Source: Gemmatimonadales bacterium (GTDB taxonomy: Bacteria; Gemmatimonadota; Gemmatimonadetes; Gemmatimonadales; GWC2-71-9). Taken from it: a stretch of DNA of 64,000 bases. Under the pieces are notes generated by a model. It searched no databases. It was not told the origin of the DNA and saw only the letters and a program-made list of their open reading frames with translations. Numbering within the stretch: the stretch's first letter is position 1; each line of letters starts with the position of its first letter. The DNA lies in assembly GCA_041577295.1 (NCBI GenBank), contig JBFGJG010000019.1, positions 8,464 to 72,463 of the forward strand, read 5' to 3'. The translations under genes were made by a program, and so were the position numbers. Positions 47,169-57,341 of the stretch are shown here, piece by piece.

Positions 47169-48632
47169 ATGCGCACGCGGCACTTCTCACACATCGTCAT
47201 CGCTTCGCTGCTCACTCTGCTCGTCGCCTCTGGTGCAAACGCCCAAACAACGCCCACGGAGCGTGCAGCAGCTCGCGACGTCATACGACAGATCGAGGAT
47301 CTCCAGAATCGGCTCAAGCCCACGGAGAACGGTCAGCGCATGGCTCTCAAGCGGGACGCGGACAGAGACCGTCTGTTTTCGCGCATCGATGAGTTGTGGG
47401 TGGGCGGCATGCGGGACCTGAGCGATTACATCGGTCAGAATCCCGAGGTCGGATGGCAGGAGTACAAATCGGTGGACACGCTCACGGCCGTGCTTCGCAG
47501 TTACGGGTTCGCAATCGAGACGGGGCAGGCGGATCTCGAGACCGCATTCGTCGGCGCGTGGGACTCACCGGCTGGAACGAACGGCCCCACCCTCGGCATC
47601 ATCGTGGAATATGACGCCCTCCGCAGTACCACTGAACCGTTCCACGGGTGCCAGCACAACGCGCAGAGTCCCGTTGGTTTTGCCACAGCCATCGCGTTGT
47701 CGGAGTACATGAATGATAGACGCGTACCAGGCCGTATACGCGTATACGGCACGCCGGCCGAGGAGATGGGACCGCCAGCGAAAACCATCATGTGGGAAGC
47801 GGGTGTGTTCGACGGGGTCGACATCCTCGTGCGAAGTCACGGCTCCGGCGAGACCTCGCGTAACCGCGCCGGCTTTGGAGTCTGTTGCCTCAACATCAAC
47901 GAGGTGAAGTACATCTTCAAAGGAAAATCAGCCCACCAGCGCGCATCGTGGCACGGACGCAACGCGCTCACAGCCGCGGTGATGTTCTACTCTGCGGTCG
48001 ACGCGCTCCGACCTACGTTTCGTCCCGAGGCGTCGATTCAAGGTGTCATTCCCGAGGGAGGCGTTGCGCCAAACGTCGTGCCCGATCGCGCGGTGGTTGA
48101 CTACTACATCCGCTACCCAGACGAAGTGTATTTGGCGCACATCGACTCGATGATGACGAACGCGGCGCGTGGTGCCGCACAGGCTACCGGCACCGAAGTC
48201 GAGATCGAGCGCTACGGGGAGTACCGCGACGGCATTACCCTCGGTACGCTCGAAGAGTTGGCATTCGCGTACGCCGAGGCATTGGACGCACCGGAGATCA
48301 ACCCCGAACCGCAAAGGCCGGCCGGCTATGAGGAGACTGGGTTCCTCACGCGAGATATCCCGGGTGTGGGCGTGAGCGTGTTCAGCTCACCGGCGGCGGG
48401 CCACACCATCGAGCGCTGGCTCGATTCGATGAAGCCGGTGGGGCATACCGGATTTCTGCTCGATGCCAAGATCATGACGGCCGTGCTCTATCACTTTCTC
48501 ACGGATGCCCGCTTCCGCGATGCGGTGGCACAAGAGCATCGCACGATGGCTGCGCTGTTCGATGAGTACCTCGAGCGGCTGCGAGAGACGTACGCAGACG
48601 AGATTGGGAGGCCGCCAGTTGGGAGCCGTTGA
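47169..48632 (+). CDS. Secreted M20 peptidase/amidohydrolase (Acy1L2/AbgB-like)
   Basis: Signal peptide; NPEVGWQE, EYDAL, HGCQHN, GTPAEE, GKSAH, PNVVPD. Confidence 0.88.
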   Translation: MRTRHFSHIVIASLLTLLVASGANAQTTPTERAAARDVIRQIEDLQNRLKPTENGQRMALKRDADRDRLFSRIDELWVGGMRDLSDYIGQNPEVGWQEYKSVDTLTAVLRSYGFAIETGQADLETAFVGAWDSPAGTNGPTLGIIVEYDALRSTTEPFHGCQHNAQSPVGFATAIALSEYMNDRRVPGRIRVYGTPAEEMGPPAKTIMWEAGVFDGVDILVRSHGSGETSRNRAGFGVCCLNINEVKYIFKGKSAHQRASWHGRNALTAAVMFYSAVDALRPTFRPEASIQGVIPEGGVAPNVVPDRAVVDYYIRYPDEVYLAHIDSMMTNAARGAAQATGTEVEIERYGEYRDGITLGTLEELAFAYAEALDAPEINPEPQRPAGYEETGFLTRDIPGVGVSVFSSPAAGHTIERWLDSMKPVGHTGFLLDAKIMTAVLYHFLTDARFRDAVAQEHRTMAALFDEYLERLRETYADEIGRPPVGSR

Positions 48633-48863
48633 TTGCTGACTGCTGATTGCTCTGTGTTGTTTTGTAGAGTGTTGAGTGTTGGCTGAGAACGGAAGGTAAC
48701 TGGTGGTGCGGTTCGTCCTCCGTGCTTCAACCCTCTGTTCCATTTCATCTTTGCGCCCTACCACCTCCGAGCGAAGGTTCACCACTATTTCACCCCGCTT
48801 TCACATGGCGATCGAGAGTCTATGAATGGACGGCTATGAAAGCGTCGTGTTGGTGGAGGTTAG

Positions 48864-49184
48864 ATGGTTGGGGTCCTCATTATCCTCGCTGCGCTCCTGC
48901 TGATGGGAGCTGGCATTTTCGTCATGTTGCCAGCGGTCGGGGGCGGTTTGGTCGGCCATCGGGAAATCCAACTGGACGTGTGGTGCCCGGTTACGCGGAG
49001 GATCCAGCACCTCGACCTCGTGCTGGACTCGGAGGATCGGCTTTCGAAGTTGCGCCGGTGTGACTGGTTTGCCGGGGGACCACCATTCTGCGGCCACCCC
49101 TGTCTCGTCCAGCTCCGTCCGACGACCGTCCGTAAACGGTCAAGCCATCAACGACCTCTACTACAGCCTCACGCGCCGAACTGA
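48864..49184 (+). CDS. Small membrane-anchored four-Cys protein
   Basis: GGAGG RBS; TM helix; CP...C...C-x3-C. Confidence 0.65.
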   Translation: MVGVLIILAALLLMGAGIFVMLPAVGGGLVGHREIQLDVWCPVTRRIQHLDLVLDSEDRLSKLRRCDWFAGGPPFCGHPCLVQLRPTTVRKRSSHQRPLLQPHAPN

Positions 49185-49329
49185 GCGGCGCATCAGCCCC
49201 AACCGCTTCTCACCTGGATAGTGGACAGAGGATGGCACGGCGCGCGCGCCTGCGCGGTGTGTCGTTTTGGCGTAGACTGTATGGTCGCCAAACTGCAGCA
49301 TGCGTGGCTCTGCCTGTCCGCCGGTCCTA

Positions 49330-49346
49330 ATCCCGCCAATCCCGCC
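49330..49346 (+). repeat. 17-bp inverted repeat, left copy
   Basis: ATCCCGCCAATCCCGCC; exact reverse complement at 51175-51191. Confidence 0.85.
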
Positions 49347-49428
49347 CCTCAACAGTAGATTGTACCGTCTCCACCACGAGCAAGGCGCCGTGAGCACCGT
49401 GTCCCCTCCATCGCTCCAAGGTCGTGCA

Positions 49429-51174
49429 ATGACCGAAACTGACGGCGGCACCCTCATCGCCCGCATCCTTGCCGAGCAGGGTGTCGAGTTCGTATTCACG
49501 CTTTGCGGCGGGCATATCTCACCGATCCTCGTCGGCGCCAAGCGTCACGGGATTCGGGTGATCGACGTCCGTGATGAGGCGAGTGCAGTCTTTGCGGCCG
49601 ACGCGGTGTCACGTCTCACCGGGGTTCCGGGAGTGGCCGCCGTCACCGCGGGACCCGGCGCGACCAACGCCATTACCGCGGTCAAGAATGCACAACTCGC
49701 ACAATCACCGGTGATCGTCCTCGGTGGCGCCACGGCCACGATCCTCAAGGGGCGAGGCGCCCTTCAAGATATTAACCAGATGGCGTTGTTCCGGCCGCAC
49801 GTGAAGCAAGCCATGACAATCCGTCACGTGCGTGACTTCGTACCGTATCTCGAGGAGGCCTTCCTCGTGGCGCAGGAAGGCGTGCCCGGGCCGGTGTTTG
49901 TCGAGTGTCCCGTTGATCTCCTCTACCCGGAGTCCGTCGTGCGGACGTGGTACCGATCGGCCACACCACGTGCGGATGCCCATGCCCTCGGCGACCGGGT
50001 ACGCCGCGCGTATCTGCGACGCCACCTCGATCGGATCTTCGATAACGCCGATCGCGTTGAGCCCGACGAGCGAGAACAACCCATTGTAGCACCCGTGACG
50101 GAGGGTGACGTGCAGCGGGCGATCGAGCGCATCACGCTCGCCCGTCAGCCCGTGCTCATGCTCGGGAGTCAGGCCATGCTGCATCCGGATGATGTGGAGG
50201 AGCTGGCCCATGCGGTGACCCGGTTGGGCATGCCGGTATATCTCTCAGGTCTTGCCCGCGGGCTGCTGGGCCGGGAGCACCCGCTTCTCCTGCGTCATCG
50301 TAGGCGCGAGGCGTTGCGCGAGGCCGATCTCGTGTTGCTCGCTGGGGTCCCGTGTGATTTCCGTCTGGATTACGGGCGACAGATCAATCGCAGCGCGGTG
50401 CTGTTATCGGTCAATCGTAGCCGTAAGGATCTCACGAGGAACCGGCGGCCAAACGTGCCGATGTTTGGAGATCCGGCGGAGTTTCTGCGCCGGCTGGCAG
50501 GCTCGCTGGACGCGGACGACGGACAGTACGGCGATTGGCTGGACCGGTTGTTGGCTCGCGATGCCGAACGCGAATCCGAGATCGAGCAGCTGGCAAAGGA
50601 GCCTACCGAATACGTGAATCCGCTCGCCCTGTGCCGTGCTGTAGACGACGTTCTCGACGAGGACAGTGTGCTAGTGTTAGACGGAGGCGACTTCGCAGCC
50701 ACCGCGTCGTACATGACCCTGCCGCGTACGCCGCTCAGTTTCCTCGATCCCGGGCCGTTTGGCACCCTCGGTGTTGGGGGAGGGTATGCGCTCGGGGCCA
50801 AACTTTGCCGTCCTAGGGCCGAGGTCTGGCTGTTCTACGGCGATGGCTCGGCGGCCTTTAGCCTGGCCGAGTTCGACACCTTCGTTCGCCATGCCATTCC
50901 CGTGATTGCGATCGTCGGCAACGATGCGTGCTGGACCCAGATTGCACGGGGCCAGTGTGAAGTCTTTGGCGATGACGTGGCCACGCGGCTCCGGCGAACC
51001 GCGTATCACACCGTTGCCGAGGGGTACGGCGGAAAGGGACTGCTGCTCGAACGGCCCGAAAACCTCGAATCGACACTCGCCAAGGCCAAGGAGTTGGCTC
51101 GCCAGGGACACCCCGTGTTAATCAACGCCCTGATCGGCCAGACCAGCTTCCGAAAAGGGTCGTTGGCTATTTAA
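49429..51174 (+). CDS. ThDP-dependent enzyme, ILVBL/2-hydroxyacyl-CoA lyase-like
   Basis: [42 protein letters not shown]-terminal FRKGSLAI. Confidence 0.9.
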   Translation: MTETDGGTLIARILAEQGVEFVFTLCGGHISPILVGAKRHGIRVIDVRDEASAVFAADAVSRLTGVPGVAAVTAGPGATNAITAVKNAQLAQSPVIVLGGATATILKGRGALQDINQMALFRPHVKQAMTIRHVRDFVPYLEEAFLVAQEGVPGPVFVECPVDLLYPESVVRTWYRSATPRADAHALGDRVRRAYLRRHLDRIFDNADRVEPDEREQPIVAPVTEGDVQRAIERITLARQPVLMLGSQAMLHPDDVEELAHAVTRLGMPVYLSGLARGLLGREHPLLLRHRRREALREADLVLLAGVPCDFRLDYGRQINRSAVLLSVNRSRKDLTRNRRPNVPMFGDPAEFLRRLAGSLDADDGQYGDWLDRLLARDAERESEIEQLAKEPTEYVNPLALCRAVDDVLDEDSVLVLDGGDFAATASYMTLPRTPLSFLDPGPFGTLGVGGGYALGAKLCRPRAEVWLFYGDGSAAFSLAEFDTFVRHAIPVIAIVGNDACWTQIARGQCEVFGDDVATRLRRTAYHTVAEGYGGKGLLLERPENLESTLAKAKELARQGHPVLINALIGQTSFRKGSLAI

Positions 51175-51191
51175 GGCGGGATTGGCGGGAT
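51175..51191 (-). repeat. 17-bp inverted repeat, right copy
   Basis: GGCGGGATTGGCGGGAT immediately after the TAA stop. Confidence 0.85.
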
Positions 51192-51355
51192 CGATCTCAT
51201 GGCCGTGCGGCTATCCTGCTGAAATCATTTAACTTGACTCCTATCTGCCCGCACTTGGGCGCCCCTTGAGGCTCGCTCTCTAGCTTTACACCCGAATCGG
51301 TGCGGTCGGTCACGCACATCGATTCTCTGGCGTCTTTCTCGGCGGTGAGGTACGA

Positions 51356-51583
51356 ATGTCGGTCTTAGCTCGACGATTAAGCGACGCCCAGTTCTCGACG
51401 CGGGAACTCGAGCGTATCCGATTAGCCGCACGCAATGCCTTTAACCTGACGTGTCCGCGCTGTGGGGCAGCGCTCACGTGGTCCACCATCAAGGAGCCCA
51501 CCAGCCCACCCCGCGCTGTCTGCATGATTCGATGTTCGAGTTGCCGCCGCTTCTTGATCTTGCGAAATGGCGAGGATCTGTAG
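51356..51583 (+). CDS. Small zinc-ribbon protein
   Basis: GAGGT RBS; CPRC...CSSC. Confidence 0.7.
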   Translation: MSVLARRLSDAQFSTRELERIRLAARNAFNLTCPRCGAALTWSTIKEPTSPPRAVCMIRCSSCRRFLILRNGEDL

Positions 51584-51686
51584 CATCGTTCATATGTCCA
51601 ACGTTGTGAGTTGGAACACAGTGCCTGACGCGGTGTTTTCTAAGGTTTAGAGGGGCACCGAGACAAGTCGAGGCAAGGAAGGGAAT

Positions 51687-52082
51687 ATGATGCGACGGCT
51701 TCCTTTCGCTGTGGTGCTGGTTGCGATTCTGGCGTCTCCCCAACTGCTCGTTGGGCAGTCGGCCGATGGGGACGAGCAGTCGCCGACTGCCACAAAGACG
51801 CATGTGGTAGTCGAGAACGACAACATGTTGGACATGCGTATCTACGCCGTGAGCGCCGGTCGCAGGCATCAGTTGGGAACGGTCACAGGCTTCACCTCGG
51901 CGGTTTTTGTCTTGCCAAGCTGGTTGCTCGCGCAGAACGCACCGCTCCAGCTGATCGCCCTCCCTATCGGAACACGAAAGGATGTCGTCAGTCCGTTCGT
52001 GCTGGTCGATCCAGGGGATCTGGTGGAGTGGCAGCTGCGTGGAAACCTGGGGTTCTCGAACATCAGTGTGTGGAAGAGCTGA
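51687..52082 (+). CDS. Small secreted beta-sandwich-like hypothetical protein
   Basis: Signal peptide; VVENDNMLDMRIYA..RHQLGTV. Confidence 0.75.
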   Translation: MMRRLPFAVVLVAILASPQLLVGQSADGDEQSPTATKTHVVVENDNMLDMRIYAVSAGRRHQLGTVTGFTSAVFVLPSWLLAQNAPLQLIALPIGTRKDVVSPFVLVDPGDLVEWQLRGNLGFSNISVWKS

Positions 52083-52103
52083 TCTGACCACGTGAATCGC
52101 CCG

Positions 52104-52140
52104 AGACGGCCGATCCCAAGCTAGATCGGCTGTTTTGCTT
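52104..52140 (+). terminator. Intrinsic terminator
   Basis: ACGGCCGATC-ccaagcta-GATCGGCTGT followed by TTTGCTT. Confidence 0.7.
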
Positions 52141-52297
52141 CACGCTGCGCGTGCTTCTCTTCATCTCCGTGCTCCCCTTCTGCTCCACTACCCCCTCTGT
52201 GGGCTCCTATTCATCTCTGTGACCTCTGTGGTTTGTGGGGGGTGGGGCCGTTCCCGCGCTTGACGATGTGGAATGGGCCTCAGAGCTTTCGTCTCCC

Positions 52298-53989
52298 ATG
52301 CGTACTGGGTTACTCGTCATAATGCTCGTCGGTGTCCTCGGGATCGCGCTCGGGGCATGGGAGCGACCGGTCGCGGAGCCTGCGCTACATCTGTCGAGCG
52401 ATCGTGGTCACTCCCTCGACGCGGCGGAGCTAATCGCAGAGCTCGGCTGTGCTGCGTGCCACGCGGGCGTGTCCCACGTCTCGACCATCAGGCGGCGCGC
52501 GCCCCGCTTGCAGGATGCCGGCCTGCGGTACCGACCTTCCTACGTCTTCGACTTCCTGCAGAATCCGACCCGTGTTCGCCGCCACATCGGACGCTCTCGG
52601 ATGCCGGGATTCCATCTCGATGAAGCCGAGAGCGTGGCGCTCACGCTGCATCTCGAGACCCGCACGCAGGCAATGGCTCCAGACGTACCGGATCCGACAA
52701 GCGATCGTGACAACGCCCAGCGAGGGGAGCAGCTGATCGGAGAACTCGGCTGCACAGGGTGCCACACGTTGGGTAGCGAGGGAGTTGGAACGGCGCTCGA
52801 GCTCACAAACGTTGGCAAACGGGTTCAGGGCCCCTGGCTCAGACGCTTCCTCACTGATCCAACCGCGTTTGATTCGGCGACGCCGATGCCCGCGATCTTT
52901 TTCGAGCGGGCGGCGAGGGGGGTCTACGAGCCGCGCACACCGGGTGGAGCGGCACTGCTCGAGTCGGTGAGTGAGTTTCTCGATCAGACGAGCAGCGACG
53001 AGCGTCGCGCGCTCGAACGCGCGTACGAGGCAGCCAAGCGGCGCCATCCGCGTGCGACCGCCGAGGTGGGTGAGCGCATGTACGGAGCGCTCGGCTGTGC
53101 GGAGTGTCACGAGGCAGGTGCTGCTCCCATCCCAGCCAACGCTCCCGATCTGGCCGCTGTTGGATCACGAGTGCGTGCCGATTGGCTCCGCGCATACCTC
53201 ACCGCACCGCATGTCATCCGTCCCTTTGGCTTCATCCCGGGCACTGGAAGCCGTATGCCGGACTTCCGCTTGAGCGCGGACGAGGCAGCCTCGATCACCG
53301 CGTTTCTCACCGCGAACAGCGGCGCGCCCACCCGCGAACCCCCCGCGCTCAGCGCGTTCGCCCGGCACAAAGCGGAGCGCCTCCTCTCGGATCGACTCTC
53401 CTGCCTCGGTTGTCATCGACTCGACGGCGAGGGCGGACGTATCGGGCCCGATCTCTCCACGGTGTCCACCCGGCTGCGGCCGGAATACCTGGCGGCTGTG
53501 ATTCGCGACCCGACTCGGGTGCTGCCAAACAGTGTGATGCCGGTCGTCCCGATGCCGCGCGGCCAACTCGATCTGCTGGCTACCTATCTAGCCACTCGCA
53601 CGCCGACCGAAGTCCCCTCTGCCGAGTACCTATCGCTGGTGGAGAACGAGCCGCAGCCCATCATGTTCCAGGACACCGGTCCCGCTCTGTACAAACGGTA
53701 TTGCGCGATGTGTCATGGGACGTTGGGGCAGGGCGACGGCTACAACGCTCCCTTTTTGCCCGTGAGCCCAACGCGTCACGCCGACAGCAGCTACATGGCG
53801 AGCCGGCCGGACGATACGCTTTATGACGGGATTCACGCCGGCGGGTACATCCTCAACCGGGATCGTCGGATGCCGGGATTTGGACACACGCTGTCGACAG
53901 GCCATCTCGATAGTCTCGTGGGTTATCTCCGCGAACTCTGTCGCTGTAGCGGCCCTGTGTGGTCCCGCGATGGCGTTGTGAGTCGGTGA
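52298..53989 (+). CDS. Pentaheme c-type cytochrome (tandem class I-like domains)
   Basis: Signal peptide; CAACH, CTGCH, CAECH, CLGCH, CAMCH, each followed by an MP motif. Confidence 0.92.
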   Translation: MRTGLLVIMLVGVLGIALGAWERPVAEPALHLSSDRGHSLDAAELIAELGCAACHAGVSHVSTIRRRAPRLQDAGLRYRPSYVFDFLQNPTRVRRHIGRSRMPGFHLDEAESVALTLHLETRTQAMAPDVPDPTSDRDNAQRGEQLIGELGCTGCHTLGSEGVGTALELTNVGKRVQGPWLRRFLTDPTAFDSATPMPAIFFERAARGVYEPRTPGGAALLESVSEFLDQTSSDERRALERAYEAAKRRHPRATAEVGERMYGALGCAECHEAGAAPIPANAPDLAAVGSRVRADWLRAYLTAPHVIRPFGFIPGTGSRMPDFRLSADEAASITAFLTANSGAPTREPPALSAFARHKAERLLSDRLSCLGCHRLDGEGGRIGPDLSTVSTRLRPEYLAAVIRDPTRVLPNSVMPVVPMPRGQLDLLATYLATRTPTEVPSAEYLSLVENEPQPIMFQDTGPALYKRYCAMCHGTLGQGDGYNAPFLPVSPTRHADSSYMASRPDDTLYDGIHAGGYILNRDRRMPGFGHTLSTGHLDSLVGYLRELCRCSGPVWSRDGVVSR

Positions 53990-53996
53990 CCGCGTG

Positions 53997-56360
53997 ATGG
54001 CGCGCAAGAAAAGACGTTCCCGGCCGGCGGCGCCGAGGCCGCGCCCCGCGAAAAACGCTGCGGCACCATCGCGCGAGCACCGACCGGTGCGACGCCTCGT
54101 AGGTATCGCGCTGTTCGCGGGCGTTGTGTTGGCAGGTGGCATTGCCGTATGGCTTGGGTTCGAGCGCGGTGCGGGCGAACTCGCGGCCTTTCCATCACAC
54201 GTGGAAGCAGGAGGGACCGAGCCAGTTGTTGTGCCAGCAGACTTCGTTGGGGCAGAGGCGTGTCGCGAATGTCACGCACCGCAATACGCAGCGTGGCAGG
54301 GATCGACGCACGGCCGTGCGGGCGACGAGCCGGATCGCCAGACCGTGATCGCACCGTTCGGACGTCAACCCATTCGCTTTCGTGACGCCGTTGTGATCCC
54401 GGCGCGAACCGCCCTGGGGGAATACACGTTTACCGTCCAGCGAAGCGGCCGCGATCCCGTGGTCTATCGAGTGGATGGCGTGATCGGTGGAGGACACATG
54501 GTGGGTGGTGGTACCCAGGGATTCGTCTCGCGCATGCCGGACGGGACCGTGCGATTCCTCCCGTTCGATTTCGTGAGGCGCGAGGGGGAGTGGTTCTGCA
54601 ACACCAACACGCGGGTGGATCGCGGTTGGGTCCCCATCACGCCGGACCTCGCGTTGGCAGACTGCGGAGACTGGCCTCCGGTACGCGTGTTGGGCACCAC
54701 GCCGCGGTTCGCGAACTGCCAGGACTGTCATGGAAGTCAGATCCTGGTCGAGTTTGACAAGGACGCGAAGGAGTACGAGACGAACATCCAGAGTCTGGGC
54801 GTGAACTGCGAGTCTTGTCACGGCCCAGGTCGCAGCCACGTGTCGCGAGCTCGGGGTGGCCAGCTCGGTGACGCCAATGACATCGCCATTCGCGCGCTGG
54901 GTACCCTCGACAAGGACCAGTCACTCGCCGTCTGCTTCCAATGCCATGCGCTCAAGGAGCCGCTCGAGCAAGGCTATCTACCGGGGAAACAGTTCGAGGC
55001 GTTCTACTCGCTCAAGCTCCCGTTGGTTGGCGAGCGGCCGCTCTTTCCCGACGGCAGGGTCCGTACCTTCGCCTACCAGGAGAATCATCTGTACAGCGAT
55101 TGCTATCTCAATGGCTCGATGACGTGTGTGGACTGTCACGACCCCCACGGTCAGCACTACCGCGATATCTACGGTCGCGTTTTGGATGGCCGCTTCGACG
55201 ATGGTCAGTGCGTGGACTGTCATGCCAGCAAAGCCCGGGACCTCGAAGCGCACACGAAGCACGCGCCAGGCTCGGCTGGCAGCCGGTGTGTCGCCTGCCA
55301 CATGCCCTATCTCCAACATCCGGAAGTGGGAGATGGCGTCCGGTTCACGAGGTCCGATCACACGATCCCCATTCCCCGGCCGGCGTTCGACACCGCGTTG
55401 GGCATCGAGACCGCGTGTTCCCAGTGTCACGGGGACCGCAGCGTCGAGGAACTGGACCGGCAGGTCATGACGTGGTACGGAACGCTCAAGCCGCATAAGC
55501 CCATCGTTGCCGACCTCGTGGCGAGCACCGGCTCGCTTCATCCCGATGCCCAGCACCCGATGGCGCAAGTTGCCGAGCTGAACACCTTGTTGACAGAGCG
55601 CCTCCGTCCCAACACGCCCACGGAGCCGCAGATACTGGAACGGCTCGAGCAGTTGTCGGAGGATCCCGATCTTGATGTTCGCTCGGTAGCCCTCGCTGCC
55701 CTGCATTTGGCGTTTGGCGACGACCGCGGTGTGCGACGGTCGCTCGTGCGGCGCATGGAAGACCTTGGGGAGATGGACGGGCTGGTCCGCCGCCGTTGGG
55801 CTGTGGTGTTGGGCTTCGTGGCGGATCGTTACCGTGAGCGAGGCGATCTCGTGGCTGCGATTACGGTGTATCGCAAGGGCCTCGAGGTGCTACCACGTCA
55901 CGGCGGGTTGCTCCTCAATCTCGCGGGAGCGTACGCGGCCGCTCAGGACCACACCAACGCATTGGAGTATTACTCGCGGGCATTAGATGCGCATGATGAT
56001 CGTGCGCTGGTGCTCGTGAACATGGGGGTCCTGTTGGAACGCCTCGATCGCACAGCAGAGGCCGTGACTGCGTACCGGCAAGCCGTCGAGATCAACCCTA
56101 CCGAGCCCCTGGCGCACTTCAACTTAGGGAACCACCACCTTCGCCGTGAGGAGTTGGCCGAAGCCATCTCGGCGTATCAGCGTGCAGTGACCTACGATCC
56201 AGGACTGGCTCGAGCCCACTTCTATTTGGCGAGGGCGTACATCCTCACCAACCGTCTCGCTCCAGCCCTCGAGGCCGCGCGGCTTGCCCTCGAGTTCGAA
56301 CCCGACAACCAGGGTGCGCGGAACATGATCCGCGACCTCGAGGCCGCGCTGGCGCCGTAA
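53997..56360 (+). CDS. Octaheme c554-like cytochrome with C-terminal TPR repeats
   Basis: N-terminal TM helix; 8 CxxCH (CRECH, CQDCH, CESCH, CFQCH, CVDCH x2, CVACH, CSQCH); TPR repeats. Confidence 0.92.
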   Translation: MARKKRRSRPAAPRPRPAKNAAAPSREHRPVRRLVGIALFAGVVLAGGIAVWLGFERGAGELAAFPSHVEAGGTEPVVVPADFVGAEACRECHAPQYAAWQGSTHGRAGDEPDRQTVIAPFGRQPIRFRDAVVIPARTALGEYTFTVQRSGRDPVVYRVDGVIGGGHMVGGGTQGFVSRMPDGTVRFLPFDFVRREGEWFCNTNTRVDRGWVPITPDLALADCGDWPPVRVLGTTPRFANCQDCHGSQILVEFDKDAKEYETNIQSLGVNCESCHGPGRSHVSRARGGQLGDANDIAIRALGTLDKDQSLAVCFQCHALKEPLEQGYLPGKQFEAFYSLKLPLVGERPLFPDGRVRTFAYQENHLYSDCYLNGSMTCVDCHDPHGQHYRDIYGRVLDGRFDDGQCVDCHASKARDLEAHTKHAPGSAGSRCVACHMPYLQHPEVGDGVRFTRSDHTIPIPRPAFDTALGIETACSQCHGDRSVEELDRQVMTWYGTLKPHKPIVADLVASTGSLHPDAQHPMAQVAELNTLLTERLRPNTPTEPQILERLEQLSEDPDLDVRSVALAALHLAFGDDRGVRRSLVRRMEDLGEMDGLVRRRWAVVLGFVADRYRERGDLVAAITVYRKGLEVLPRHGGLLLNLAGAYAAAQDHTNALEYYSRALDAHDDRALVLVNMGVLLERLDRTAEAVTAYRQAVEINPTEPLAHFNLGNHHLRREELAEAISAYQRAVTYDPGLARAHFYLARAYILTNRLAPALEAARLALEFEPDNQGARNMIRDLEAALAP

Positions 56361-56373
56361 GCGTCGCACGACC

Positions 56374-56790
56374 TCACTTGAGCACGAGCACGGCGCACGG
56401 TGCAACGATCGCCACCTGGTGGCTGATAGTGAGAAATCCTTTGGTCGTGTCGTCTGGATCGACCCGGTGCGAGGTGATCACGATGAGGTCGCTTTGCTGT
56501 TCTTCGCTGAAAAAGACGATCTCGGGAGCCCGCTTGCCGTAGCGGATCTGGAACTTGTGAACGACGCCGAGGGACCTGAGGGGCTTGGCCAGGGCGGTCA
56601 TACGGGTCTGGGCGTTTTCCTCTAACCGTCGATAGAAGTCCTCCAACTCCTCGAACGGTGCGTCGAGGGTTTCGATGACGTGCAGGACGGTGATCTCACC
56701 TCCTCCGTGGCGGGCCAGCTCACCGGCGACCTCGATGGCGCGGACATTCTTTTCGGTGAGGTCGACAGGGACGACAATTCTCTGAAACAT
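56374..56790 (-). CDS. Universal stress protein (UspA family)
   Basis: MFQRIVVPVD, LHVIE, DLIVITSH, APCAVLVLK. Confidence 0.92.
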   Translation of the reverse strand: MFQRIVVPVDLTEKNVRAIEVAGELARHGGGEITVLHVIETLDAPFEELEDFYRRLEENAQTRMTALAKPLRSLGVVHKFQIRYGKRAPEIVFFSEEQQSDLIVITSHRVDPDDTTKGFLTISHQVAIVAPCAVLVLK

Positions 56791-56911
56791 GAAGGACTCC
56801 GGTCTTCGCGGTTGACGGTGGTGGCGGGCCGCCGTGTGGCGAGCTAGAATCACCCCGAAATGGGTCTTTGGCTCCTGAGCCACGCCCCAGCATGTGCAGC
56901 GAGGAGCGGTC

Positions 56912-57277
56912 ATGCCGGTAACCAAAATCCATCTCCGCCAAAAGCTGTCCGAATTCACCGATCATTGGAAGCCACGGATCGTCGGGGAGCTCAACGGACA
57001 GCAGGTGAGGCTCGCGAAGCTGTTGGGCGAGTTCGTCTGGCACCACCACGAAGCGGAGGACGAGTTCTTCCTCGTGCTCCACGGCCGGCTTCGCATCGCC
57101 TTTCGCGATGGAGAGGTCACGCTGGAACCGGGGGAGTGCTGCATCGTGCCACGAGGGATGGAGCACAAGCCCATAGCCGACGAGGAGGTGCACGTGTTGC
57201 TGTTCGAACCAGCCTCCACGCTCAACACCGGCAACCTACGGAACGAACGCACCGTCGAACAACTCGAACGGCTGTAG
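56912..57277 (+). CDS. Cupin-domain protein
   Basis: GEFVWHHHEAEDEFF, VPRGMEHKP, LLFEP..TLNTG. Confidence 0.92.
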   Translation: MPVTKIHLRQKLSEFTDHWKPRIVGELNGQQVRLAKLLGEFVWHHHEAEDEFFLVLHGRLRIAFRDGEVTLEPGECCIVPRGMEHKPIADEEVHVLLFEPASTLNTGNLRNERTVEQLERL

Positions 57278-57341
57278 CCGATACCCGGACGCTTCGCCGT
57301 GCCGTCGTGCGACGGGGTGATGGATGGAACGAGGAGCTGAG

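Noticed and set aside
49330..51191. IS element or transposon defined by the 17-bp inverted repeats
   Set aside because: No transposase inside and no target-site duplication seen
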